Virus record (IMG/VR): IMGVR_UViG_3300032038_000022
Coordinates: 54,860 to 118,859 of that record
DNA: 64,000 bases
Reading direction: 5' to 3' (one strand)
Origin: a virus
Lineage: Duplodnaviria; Caudoviricetes
Shown: piece after piece, positions 20,594 through 31,024 of the stretch
Layout of the letters: every line of letters starts with the position of its first letter
Position numbering within the stretch: the first letter of the stretch is position 1
Notes under the pieces: generated by a model
What the model was told of the DNA's origin: nothing
What the model saw: the letters and a program-made list of their open reading frames with translations, nothing else
The model's database searches: none
Made by a program: the position numbers and the translations under genes

Positions 20594-23500
20594 TTATAAA
20601 GCTAATGATACTTTAATATTAAATTGCACAGCATCAGCTCGAGCAGCATCAATATCACCTTCTTCTGATACACTAAAAGTTTCAGCACCATTCAAAGTAT
20701 AAATGTAATCATTAGAAGTAGTTGATTTAGACTTAGTGAATTTACTACTTTCTAGCTCAAAAAGAATACCGACTCTATAGTTAGGATCTCCAATGTAAAT
20801 ACTAGAAGTAGTATTATCTATATATGTCCAATCAGAAGAAGGAGGATTTTCTGAAGCAAAATTATAATATTTTCGTATCGTTATTTCAGTTGATTCTGTT
20901 CCACTATTTATTATTTCAGTTTGTGTATCACTTGAATCTGTAGATATAAGTACTAGTCCTTTATTGCCAGAATAAAGATCATGAGAGAATGTAATAATTT
21001 TATATTCTCCACTCTTTGTTGAGGATAGTGGTTCCCATTCAAATCTTTTTAAATTAAGTTGAAAACCATTATAATAACCGTACTTAGCAAAATTTTTTCC
21101 ATATTTATTACTCCAATTTTCAATATAATTTTTTGTATTTGAATTTTTATACCTAATATAAATAGTATCATCAAACTTGAAAGTATCGTAGAAGTATGAT
21201 ATCTCATAATTTGTATTTGATGTAAATGTAGTACCTTTATAAGTCCAGGTACTAGTATATCCATCTCGCTCGCTGCTATCCTCAGTTCCAAAGTCAGGAA
21301 CATGTTTTATAATAGAACCATCATCACTGAGATATGTAAGGTAAGGACCGAGAATCTGAATATTACAACAACCGTAATATGCCATGTAATTTTTAATTAC
21401 TGAACTACCGTTAACTTTAATAGATAAAGTTCTAGAGTATGGATTATGCCCCATCCAATCAAGAATATTGTATTGATATTGATTATCGAAGAACCATGAG
21501 TGCCCATAGAAGCTAACAGTATTTATTTTTGAATACAATGTTATTCGATAAAGACGTCCAACTGTAGGTGAATTTTCTCTTACTGTATTTTCATTAAGTA
21601 ATGTTGTCTGAACTATTCTTTCACTCATTTGATATGATTGTCCATCGAATTTCTTTGTATTAGTAATATCTCCATCTACATAGATAGTAGGAGTATTATT
21701 ATCAGTATCGGATTCTATTATTGGTAAGCTATCACTTGGTGCGTCTGTCCATAAGTATACATAGCCTTTAGGAATTCTAAGATAGCCACTTGAAGAAAAA
21801 ATCAATGCTCTAGTGACATCTGAGTATCTCATAATATAGTGTCCATCTGAATCAATATCGTTCGGATTCCAGCTATTAAATAACTCTATCTCAAAATCTG
21901 ATCGTTTTTCTGAATAAATATCTATTGAAACGCTATTTCCATATCCATCAGTTATATATAAAGTATAGGGACCAAGTGTAGACATTCCAGAATTTCTTGG
22001 TAAATTTATACTAAGAGTATAACCATAGTAGTTATAGGAAGATCTATTATCTGGGTTAAGTGTATCCCCTAATACTATATTTGACTTTTCGAGACCATTA
22101 ATTTGAATATCAGTTTCAAGATTCGGTTTACGAACACTACTATACCTAGCATTATCATACTCCTCTTTAGTCATCTCTGTCTGCTTAATTGTTGTTGTAG
22201 TTGGTAAGTTAACAAAAGCAATTCGATAGGCAATAGATAAGTCATTATAATCTAAAGTACTAGAGATTTTGTTTCCTTCTCCTAAATAAAGATAACCATT
22301 TATAAGAATTCCTTGTTTCCACTCTTCTTGAACAACATTCTTAGTACTTACAGTTTCAGTTCCTACTTTAATACTAATATTAGTATCTGGTTGTCCCACT
22401 GAGTATTTTGTTATAGTATTTAAATAGTTTTGAGATATTACGAACCCAGAAAATCCACTTGGTGAGGTTACAGAGGTTGTTCCACTATATATTCCACTAC
22501 TATAACCTTCGCGAGCAATACGATTGCGATAAATTGCTGTAACAGTGTTAGTTAAGTTATTATATGTTAAATTTTGAACATAAGTTATATCTTGTGTTGG
22601 AATTGTTACTTCAGATTCTTGGTTAATTTTATGAATTGTATACTCACGAGTTTCCCCTCTTCGACTAATAATATCCATATTGCCATCAATAGAAGATTTA
22701 GAATTAGCTTTACTAAGTCGAATTATATTTATTTCAGTACTCTTTCTAGGAACTTTATCGTCTACAAAATCCTGATCATATTTACTCTCAAGTTTTATAT
22801 TTCCATCTATATCTCGTATAAATTTATCTTTACTTACGTAAGATTCAAATCTTAGAGTTCCTATAGTCATATTTTCTATAGCTGTAAGTTTATTTCCTTC
22901 AGAGTCTGTTTTATAATCTCCGTTCTCATCTATTTGCCATTCATAGTTTCTACCACTAACTTCCTCTATTCGATAAGCAAACTTTCTAGTTTCATCAAGT
23001 TCAGCTACTCTTATTATTTTAAACTTTTCTTTATTTTTTAATTCAACTGTAACTTCGTCTCCTGTAAAAAGAATTTCATCTCCACTAGTTCCATACTGCT
23101 TATAATAAACATTATAGAATTCTCCATCAGGAATTACAAAGAAGTTAGCAGTTTCTCCAGTAATGTATTGTAGTGTTATATTCTTATCTGCAGTATAATT
23201 TCCAATAATAGAGGTATTGATTCCAGGACAATCTAATAAGTGATATACTGGATATGTTTTTGCCTTTTTGTTAAAATTTACTGGATTTTGAATTTTTATT
23301 TCGCCTATTGGGAGGATCGGATAAGTTGCTGTTAAAGTACTACCAGGTACTGCACTAGTAGATATCTCGCTGATAGTATTAATATATCCTCTCGTATATC
23401 TATCCCCGCTTATAGTTGAGAACTGACCATAATTAAAAGTAACTTTTGAATTAATATCACCTTCTAAAATATCTACACTCTTATCTTCTCTGTTTTCATT

Positions 23501-26500
23501 TTTATTAAAGACAGTCTCAGATTCAAGATATGATAAATAATTAAAATTACTAGTTATAGCCTTTCCTTTTAAGAAAATATCACTTATATTATCTGAACCT
23601 AGTAGTGTTATATTAGTATTTAGATTATATATATAAGACTCATCAACTAAGTTATATCCTAAATAATACTTCCTATGAAGTGGAATAGTAATAGAATAAC
23701 CATCCTCAAGATTCATCACGTGAATACTAGTATTGAGAATTTGTTCGATTACGCTAAATGTATTTTCTTCCCAACCATAATATGCAAAACAAATTTCACG
23801 ACCATTATTTACATCAAAAGATCCCTCATCAATTGCTAGGATATTTTCTTTTGGTAGATTTTTATCAATATCGTAAAAATAGAATCCATCTCTTACGTTT
23901 GTGGCATCTAATGAAACTCTAAATTTATCATCACTTTTTACAAAAATCTTATAAAGACCTATATAATCAAGTTCAATAAAATCACCTTCATTAATTTTTA
24001 CAAATTCTCCATTTGGATTACATAATAGTACTGTTAATGACTCCTCTGGATTTTTAGCATCAATTTTTACAGGAAGTGTATAGGTTTCATCTTCTACTAA
24101 TTGATTTCTCCAATCTTTATATAGATCCAGGAGAGTAGAAACATGTCTTTCTGAAGTTGTTCTTATAAAGACGGTATTATCAAAAATAATGTCTTCTAGA
24201 ACTTTCCTAGATGTATATGTTGTTATAAAGCTAGGATAATTAGAAGTTACCCAGGCTTTAATTACATCAATGTCTTTTGCATAAATAAGCTGACCTGAGT
24301 TATCCCAAGTTATTGAAGATGCTCCATAATTCTTTACACTAATCTCATAATCCTTTGATAAAACAGCCCAATATGGAAACTCGCTTTCAATTGTAGAAGT
24401 TATATAAACTGTTTTATTATACTCACTGCTATTTCCACCGCTTCCTTTATCTTCTTCTAAGAAATTTATTTCTGATATTTCTGTTGGATCAAAACCAATT
24501 ATTTTTCCTTTATCATCCTCAACAAAAGAGCCTGTATAAAACTTAATAGTATCTTTTAAGTTTGGGCGATAGGCACAGTAAAATGTTTCTTGAAGAGTTA
24601 GATCATTATTTCTAATAGTTATTGGAATTGGATAATATTTTTTATCTGTTCCTTCTACTCTAGGGAACCAAGAAGAGGTATTATCACTTTCCTGCAATCC
24701 TTTTGATGTAATTTTTATAGTAAAGATATTATCGTTTCCCTGTCTTGCAGCTAAATTTACAGTCTTGTTAATATCAAAGTATGTTTTAAATAAAGTTTCT
24801 TCATCCTTATTTTCAAAAGATATCGACAAATCAGACTCTTTAGTGTGAATTTTAAATCCTTTTACCTCTCCACCTTCCTGATTAAATAAATATAATCTAA
24901 AATTATAACCATTCTGGTTTGTACAAAAATTCTCGGTTGGGTAATCCTGTGAACTTACTTCATCATCAACAAGTGGGTAAATATTCCAATCCTCTGTTCC
25001 AGGATCTTCTGTAGTTGCCAATATAGAGATATTATTGGGTTCACTACAATACATAACATCTTTCCAATTATGGTTATTATATCCACCTATACTGTTACGC
25101 CTTTTAAATGTAATTCTACCAAGATATCCCATTGAACCTGCATTTGTACAAGGAACCTTCGTATATGCAGTTATACCGTATTCCTGCGTAGGTGAAGTTT
25201 CTGTAGATATAATAGAATTTCTCTCATGAGAAAGAATTACTCTAGAATTATCATAATATGCTTCCCAGACACTATAATCCTCCAAGAATACGGGTGAAGT
25301 AATATATAAATTTGATGGATATTTTCTTAAACCAATAGAACTACTAAATTCAATCTTTTCCGGAGTAGACCAAGAATTGCCTATATAAGTAACTATTTGA
25401 AGTTTATTAGCAAATCGTTGAACGCAATAAAATTTAATTTCGTCTGCTGTTCCAACAATTCTTAACTTCATCAGAATTAGTGAACTCTCATTACCTATAA
25501 GAGGATACCACTTAAGAGAATCATTTTCTAATTTAGTAGATATAGTTACTACATATTCATACTTAGACAGATTTTTATTATATCCTTTATCTTCTATCTT
25601 CTTAGAAAAATATTCATTAAATATTATATCTTTTGATTCATCTTCAGAAGTTATAATAATATTTTCAATATTAACTGAATAATCAGAATATAATATTATT
25701 GTTCCAGGTCGCCTTGTAGGATTTTTATCTTCTGGCGTCCAACCATTATCCCCTGCTTTAGTATCAAACAATAAAACAGGAATATAATCACTTTCATTGT
25801 ATACATTAGTAGAATATTCAGCAGACCATCTTAAGAAAGTAATAAACTCTATAATGTTAGATTTAATTATTGTTTGTTGACCTCGTATATATCCATATTC
25901 TTCGTCATCAATTTCTGGAGTAAAAGTTAAACCAGCTATAAAATCTACTGTATAAGATTCTAATTCTTTCTTAAAATTAATTATCTTCGAAGATTGGTTA
26001 ATAATATAATTATCACTTTTTTCATCATCATCTACAATGATATCTGTTCCAAGTTTAGTTTGATACAGTGTAGTGTTAATTATATCTTCTCTAATATCTG
26101 AATCTACTAAAGTATAAATTCCATTAATCACTCGATATAGATCATAAATAACAACACCGGTTATTCCAATATCATTTCCACTTCCGACATAGTATCTAAG
26201 AATTTTTTCATTTTGCGTTCCAGCTAGATTTATAGCTTGAATATAGATACTCTTGTAATGACGATATGTTGTTATATTATAAACTTTTTCTCCATTTCTA
26301 TCTAAGAAAAGAGGAGTTATATTTTCGGAAGATACTTTATTTCTTCTGTACCTATAATATGAGTCCTTTGTTAAAAGATCATAATCATCAAAAACATCCT
26401 CTTCCCTAGCCAAGAAACTATTTATACCAACTTCTCTTGTTTTATCTTCAAGAAATATAGAAGATTCACTAGAAACTTTATTTACTAAATTTAAAGTAGT

Positions 26501-26824
26501 ATCTTCTGGAAAAAATACAGTTATATAATTAATACCATTATCAAAACAGAAATCTGAAGTATCCTCAGTTAGAGTAAATGCTAGTCCCTGTAGTTCACCA
26601 TTTAAGTTACCATAGTAAACATATATTACATCTAGACTTGTATCATACCCTTTTAGATTTAGAGTAATGGACATACTTTTTTCTTGATCATACCAAAGAG
26701 ATTCAAAAGTTCCATAATCACTTACAGGTCCATCTAGATTTCCGAGCTTAAAGTACTCTAATGTAACTGTTGTTCCATATTCTTTTAATAGAGAAGCAAA
26801 ATCTTCTTCAAATTTTACAATCAT
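20594..26824 (-). CDS. Very large beta-rich tail/baseplate-associated protein
   Basis: 2076-aa intact ORF rich in Tyr/Ile/Asn/Ser, downstream of the baseplate genes. Confidence 0.5.
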   Translation of the reverse strand: MIVKFEEDFASLLKEYGTTVTLEYFKLGNLDGPVSDYGTFESLWYDQEKSMSITLNLKGYDTSLDVIYVYYGNLNGELQGLAFTLTEDTSDFCFDNGINYITVFFPEDTTLNLVNKVSSESSIFLEDKTREVGINSFLAREEDVFDDYDLLTKDSYYRYRRNKVSSENITPLFLDRNGEKVYNITTYRHYKSIYIQAINLAGTQNEKILRYYVGSGNDIGITGVVIYDLYRVINGIYTLVDSDIREDIINTTLYQTKLGTDIIVDDDEKSDNYIINQSSKIINFKKELESYTVDFIAGLTFTPEIDDEEYGYIRGQQTIIKSNIIEFITFLRWSAEYSTNVYNESDYIPVLLFDTKAGDNGWTPEDKNPTRRPGTIILYSDYSVNIENIIITSEDESKDIIFNEYFSKKIEDKGYNKNLSKYEYVVTISTKLENDSLKWYPLIGNESSLILMKLRIVGTADEIKFYCVQRFANKLQIVTYIGNSWSTPEKIEFSSSIGLRKYPSNLYITSPVFLEDYSVWEAYYDNSRVILSHERNSIISTETSPTQEYGITAYTKVPCTNAGSMGYLGRITFKRRNSIGGYNNHNWKDVMYCSEPNNISILATTEDPGTEDWNIYPLVDDEVSSQDYPTENFCTNQNGYNFRLYLFNQEGGEVKGFKIHTKESDLSISFENKDEETLFKTYFDINKTVNLAARQGNDNIFTIKITSKGLQESDNTSSWFPRVEGTDKKYYPIPITIRNNDLTLQETFYCAYRPNLKDTIKFYTGSFVEDDKGKIIGFDPTEISEINFLEEDKGSGGNSSEYNKTVYITSTIESEFPYWAVLSKDYEISVKNYGASSITWDNSGQLIYAKDIDVIKAWVTSNYPSFITTYTSRKVLEDIIFDNTVFIRTTSERHVSTLLDLYKDWRNQLVEDETYTLPVKIDAKNPEESLTVLLCNPNGEFVKINEGDFIELDYIGLYKIFVKSDDKFRVSLDATNVRDGFYFYDIDKNLPKENILAIDEGSFDVNNGREICFAYYGWEENTFSVIEQILNTSIHVMNLEDGYSITIPLHRKYYLGYNLVDESYIYNLNTNITLLGSDNISDIFLKGKAITSNFNYLSYLESETVFNKNENREDKSVDILEGDINSKVTFNYGQFSTISGDRYTRGYINTISEISTSAVPGSTLTATYPILPIGEIKIQNPVNFNKKAKTYPVYHLLDCPGINTSIIGNYTADKNITLQYITGETANFFVIPDGEFYNVYYKQYGTSGDEILFTGDEVTVELKNKEKFKIIRVAELDETRKFAYRIEEVSGRNYEWQIDENGDYKTDSEGNKLTAIENMTIGTLRFESYVSKDKFIRDIDGNIKLESKYDQDFVDDKVPRKSTEINIIRLSKANSKSSIDGNMDIISRRGETREYTIHKINQESEVTIPTQDITYVQNLTYNNLTNTVTAIYRNRIAREGYSSGIYSGTTSVTSPSGFSGFVISQNYLNTITKYSVGQPDTNISIKVGTETVSTKNVVQEEWKQGILINGYLYLGEGNKISSTLDYNDLSIAYRIAFVNLPTTTTIKQTEMTKEEYDNARYSSVRKPNLETDIQINGLEKSNIVLGDTLNPDNRSSYNYYGYTLSINLPRNSGMSTLGPYTLYITDGYGNSVSIDIYSEKRSDFEIELFNSWNPNDIDSDGHYIMRYSDVTRALIFSSSGYLRIPKGYVYLWTDAPSDSLPIIESDTDNNTPTIYVDGDITNTKKFDGQSYQMSERIVQTTLLNENTVRENSPTVGRLYRITLYSKINTVSFYGHSWFFDNQYQYNILDWMGHNPYSRTLSIKVNGSSVIKNYMAYYGCCNIQILGPYLTYLSDDGSIIKHVPDFGTEDSSERDGYTSTWTYKGTTFTSNTNYEISYFYDTFKFDDTIYIRYKNSNTKNYIENWSNKYGKNFAKYGYYNGFQLNLKRFEWEPLSSTKSGEYKIITFSHDLYSGNKGLVLISTDSSDTQTEIINSGTESTEITIRKYYNFASENPPSSDWTYIDNTTSSIYIGDPNYRVGILFELESSKFTKSKSTTSNDYIYTLNGAETFSVSEEGDIDAARADAVQFNIKVSLAL

Positions 26825-26825
26825 A

Positions 26826-28643
26826 TTATAGATAATTTATTTTATTATTTATTCTATAGTATATTAAACCAGCGAACGCATCAATTATTTTAAAATCAGA
26901 TAAAGTACGGGGGAGTGTATTTCGTCTATAAGAAGACAGAAAACTCTTTTGTACTAGAATCGGAGAGTCTGTATTATTAAACCGAATTGAATTATCAATC
27001 ATCTCGGCATTACTATAAGTTCTGTAAGAAATTCCAAAAGAGTCCATTGAGATATCACTCTTATTTAAAGTTAGAAAATCTTTACAAGTTTTTGTAATAT
27101 AATATCCAGGTTGATCATAAATTATGTAAGAACCATCAGACTCTCTGGCAATTAATGTTTGATTATTAACGAAAATTGGTTGTTTTTCATCAGATCTCAT
27201 TTTAATAGCCTTTGTCATATTTGTATAAACTAAGGTTTGTTCATTAGTATCTTTAAAAATAAACCAATCTCCATGTTTTCTAATTGGAATAATGCCTCTT
27301 TGTCTTATAGCATCAAAGTCTATATAAGTATTGCTTAAATCACTACAATCTTCAATAGCTTTTTTATAGCTCTGCCAAGTAAAATCCTCTAATCTAATAA
27401 TTTTATTTCGTTTATCCATAGAATCTAAAATAAACTTATTTAAGTAGGGTTTATTTCCAATACCAATAATAGTTCCTACTGTTTTTTTAGATTCAGGGAC
27501 AATTCCAAAATTAGGATAGATATCTTCAGATGTTACTCCTAAAATAGCTTCTTCCCATTCAAGACCATTCCACCTGTAATAATCAATTGAACTATATTCT
27601 GAATATTTAAAATCTCTTATCCAACTTTGTGTAGGAATCTCAAGGATATAACGAAGATCCCCTGATAGAACTGATATGTATTTGCCAGCAAAATATTCTA
27701 TAGATTGTTCTTTGTCTTTATTAATTATTGGTAGAGTATAAATTTTAGTTTTAGATATTCCAACTTTAGGGACCGTATAAGGTAATGGTCTAACCTCTTC
27801 CCCAAAATCAATTATCTTAGTAAGGGAGAAAATTGAATAATTTCCAAAATCATCCCAAACATAAATTGATGGATCTCCTTCATAGTATCCAATTTGCTCA
27901 TGATTAAAATTAGTATACTCATCACCAAGTTCAAGATTTTTTCTAAAATTTAGTTTTGACATCTCTACAGTACCCTGAGCACTTACTTTTGCTATTGTAG
28001 TATCTGTAAAGAAGTCATGTGCAGGATCGCCATTTAAAACTGAACTAAGATAAATATTATAGTTATTATTAGTTCTTAAATTTACAAGATCCTTCTTTTT
28101 TGAAAAATTATAATTTTTATCTCCATAATAAATTCTTAATTCTTCATTAATAACATTATTATAAAGATTTATGTTATCCTTATCTACTCGTATTTCACTT
28201 CCATTTGAAGAAATAGTTATAATTACAGTTCCAATTCCAAACCACCTATTAAGACTATTATCTTCATTTTCATCAGTCGATATAGTATCAGCCTGAGTTT
28301 GTAATAAAATTGTATATCCAATAATCTCTTCGTCTGCCAAGAAGATTATAGTATTAAAACCTTGACCATTAATAGAATTTATAGTTTCATTATGAAAAAT
28401 AAATTCTTCATTTTCATTTTTTACTAACGGAGCAAATTCTTTATGTTGAATAAGAATATCATAAATAGTTTGTAAAGTAGATAGAGTTGCTTCGGTCTGT
28501 AAGATAAGTGCTTCCTTTTCCTGAAGACCTAAACTCTCTACTATATCGGAATTCCCGAATGTATTTGAGTTATATACGACAAGTCTGTTGCTATTCTCTA
28601 GTCCTCGGGTTCCAAGCAGTTCGGTTATCTTAGATGCAACCAT
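26826..28643 (-). CDS. Hypothetical tail/baseplate protein
   Basis: 605-aa ORF, tightly packed in the operon. Confidence 0.45.
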   Translation of the reverse strand: MVASKITELLGTRGLENSNRLVVYNSNTFGNSDIVESLGLQEKEALILQTEATLSTLQTIYDILIQHKEFAPLVKNENEEFIFHNETINSINGQGFNTIIFLADEEIIGYTILLQTQADTISTDENEDNSLNRWFGIGTVIITISSNGSEIRVDKDNINLYNNVINEELRIYYGDKNYNFSKKKDLVNLRTNNNYNIYLSSVLNGDPAHDFFTDTTIAKVSAQGTVEMSKLNFRKNLELGDEYTNFNHEQIGYYEGDPSIYVWDDFGNYSIFSLTKIIDFGEEVRPLPYTVPKVGISKTKIYTLPIINKDKEQSIEYFAGKYISVLSGDLRYILEIPTQSWIRDFKYSEYSSIDYYRWNGLEWEEAILGVTSEDIYPNFGIVPESKKTVGTIIGIGNKPYLNKFILDSMDKRNKIIRLEDFTWQSYKKAIEDCSDLSNTYIDFDAIRQRGIIPIRKHGDWFIFKDTNEQTLVYTNMTKAIKMRSDEKQPIFVNNQTLIARESDGSYIIYDQPGYYITKTCKDFLTLNKSDISMDSFGISYRTYSNAEMIDNSIRFNNTDSPILVQKSFLSSYRRNTLPRTLSDFKIIDAFAGLIYYRINNKINYL

Positions 28644-29415
28644 ATGTCAACATGCAATTACTGATTATACATTCATCTATCTTATCAGATTTTGGTATAA
28701 CTCTTATAATTCCACTAATATATTCAATATCAAAGTAGTCATAAGAACTAACAAAATCTGATTCTACTAAGACTGGATTATCTTGAGAAACGCCATTATA
28801 GGAAAAAGCCTCAAAGGTCAAATCTTTGCCATAAATAATACCATCTATTGTATAGTCAACAGTAAGATCGATCTTTCCAGATAACCCAACTTGAGCTACT
28901 TTTTTCTTAACATCTATTAAACTAATTGTATTAGTGTATTCATCAGGCTCAATTAAGTTTAGTGAAATAGAGCCGTCTAGAATATCAATAATAATTTTTG
29001 AAGTACTATATAAAGTCATACCAGCCTCTTTTTCAATTATATTTTTATACTCATCACCTATTGTTATATTCCCTGATATATATTTATTATCAAAATCATC
29101 TTCTATTTTTACATCATTTATTAACATGGAATTATCAATATTATCATTATAATTATAATATTCATCCTCTCCTAGATTTGATGTAGTATTAGAAAATTCA
29201 TCTTTTACTAAATAAAGTTTGTTATCAGAGATTAATTTACGGCTAACTACATGATATTCTCGGTTTTTTAGAATATTATCTAATTCACTAAGATATAATG
29301 GTCGGTCGTATGAACTTAGTCCTAAGACCTCAAAATTACCATTTATCAAGATGTCATTATTTATATATAAAGATCCTGATTTTGATAATGATGATACTAT
29401 ATCAAATTTGATCAT
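28630..29415 (-). CDS. Hypothetical tail/baseplate protein
   Basis: 261-aa ORF with 14-bp overlaps on both sides. Confidence 0.45.
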   Translation of the reverse strand: MIKFDIVSSLSKSGSLYINNDILINGNFEVLGLSSYDRPLYLSELDNILKNREYHVVSRKLISDNKLYLVKDEFSNTTSNLGEDEYYNYNDNIDNSMLINDVKIEDDFDNKYISGNITIGDEYKNIIEKEAGMTLYSTSKIIIDILDGSISLNLIEPDEYTNTISLIDVKKKVAQVGLSGKIDLTVDYTIDGIIYGKDLTFEAFSYNGVSQDNPVLVESDFVSSYDYFDIEYISGIIRVIPKSDKIDECIISNCMLTYGCI

Positions 29416-31024
29416 ATTTTATACAATTTATACTATATATACTTTCTAGTCCTGTTGTTACTACTTCATCATATCCATCCATTCTAGAAATTCCAATATC
29501 CTGATTTCCATTTTCATCAACTACTACAGGAACTATGTGAATAGTAGTATCATCTTTATAAACTTTTATCCGACTAACTTTCTTGAGGGATTCATTTATT
29601 ACATTAGTATAAATTTTCTCTTTAATAGATATATCTTGAACAGGAATAACAAATCTGTCCTGTTCAGTTGAGAAAAAGTGAATAATTCTATCTCCATGCT
29701 CATCCCAGGCTTCATGCTGTTCATCATAACATTCGACTAAGACATTAACCGTAATATCAAGATAATCATCATTTGTAATTTCCACCGTTCCACTATCATC
29801 TAAAAGAGTAGCCTCTGTAGGAAGTGTTGCTGAAGAATATTTTCCACTTTCCTCGTCAGTAGAAGTAAACTTAACACCGGCAGAATAATAATTATCAAGA
29901 TTTTCAGTAGTATATCCTAAAGTATAGTCTTTATAAGTTTGTTGATAGTATATGACTGAAATCTCTTCGGTGCCTTTTTCTCTCCTAATTACTATATTTC
30001 CTGAAGAATCGGTATTTAAAGAGAATATTGAATTTCCATCTGTACCATATTTTAATGTCATATGATCAAATATTCTTCTAATATCTGCAGTGAGAGAATA
30101 TGATCTTACGATGCCATCCGTTATTGATTCAGTACAAATCGTTATTATATAAGGATGACTACTACCTCCCATAGGAATATCAGTATTAAGCCTAAGTTTC
30201 CACTCAGCACTACCCTCTGTATGAATTCCAATAGTTGCTTTTTTAAACCTAAAATTATTCTTAATTTGATTTTTTTCATTATTGGTTTGAATTATCAAAT
30301 TAGTATAATAATTTTTTATAGTATTAATTTTAGAGACATAGGAACTGTTACAAGTCACACTTTCCCATTTAGTAGGAGACGAATAAGAATCAGAGGATGA
30401 CGCATATCTATACATAATATCATGCTCTTCATTATTGATTAACTCTTGGACACGTATATATATATCATCCTGTAAAGCTGTCTTCGCTGATTTCAAATAG
30501 GTATATTGTCTGAGAATTACCCAAGAATTAGTAGATTGATAAATATCTCCATATAAACTTTTAATTGCAGATTTGTCAACACGGAAAATAGTATTATTCA
30601 AGTCCTCAGAGATTAAAACTTGGTCTAGTGGCTCCGAATAAGCTCCTATATTTGTTGTATTTCCAAAATAATCACTAATATAAATTTCAAATTGATTAGA
30701 TCCATTGGAAATAATAGTATTACTTATAATGCCCTTTTCATCAAATCCAGACATATAGCGATTTAGAATTTTTCCTAAATATTTTGCATTAATAAACTTA
30801 TCATCACCAGTACCTTTTGCATATTTTTCAAAATCCCCAGCAGTGGCAATGTTATCACTTAGATATGCCTTAAAATAAGTTGGAGATTCTGAAGGGAGAT
30901 TTCCAATAGAATCAGCTTGACAGATATAAATTTTATCATCTTCAACTACGAAATCTCCTTTCTCAAAGTTTATATCTTCTGCATATATGAAGATACCTTG
31001 TATACTTTTATTATTAATTTCCAT
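29402..31024 (-). CDS. Tail protein with N-terminal CBM5/12-like module
   Basis: FEKGDFVVEDDKIYICQADSIGNLPSESPTYF resembles the Y..GD.V...G..Y......P...W small carbohydrate-binding module. Confidence 0.45.
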   Translation of the reverse strand: MEINNKSIQGIFIYAEDINFEKGDFVVEDDKIYICQADSIGNLPSESPTYFKAYLSDNIATAGDFEKYAKGTGDDKFINAKYLGKILNRYMSGFDEKGIISNTIISNGSNQFEIYISDYFGNTTNIGAYSEPLDQVLISEDLNNTIFRVDKSAIKSLYGDIYQSTNSWVILRQYTYLKSAKTALQDDIYIRVQELINNEEHDIMYRYASSSDSYSSPTKWESVTCNSSYVSKINTIKNYYTNLIIQTNNEKNQIKNNFRFKKATIGIHTEGSAEWKLRLNTDIPMGGSSHPYIITICTESITDGIVRSYSLTADIRRIFDHMTLKYGTDGNSIFSLNTDSSGNIVIRREKGTEEISVIYYQQTYKDYTLGYTTENLDNYYSAGVKFTSTDEESGKYSSATLPTEATLLDDSGTVEITNDDYLDITVNVLVECYDEQHEAWDEHGDRIIHFFSTEQDRFVIPVQDISIKEKIYTNVINESLKKVSRIKVYKDDTTIHIVPVVVDENGNQDIGISRMDGYDEVVTTGLESIYSINCIKYDQI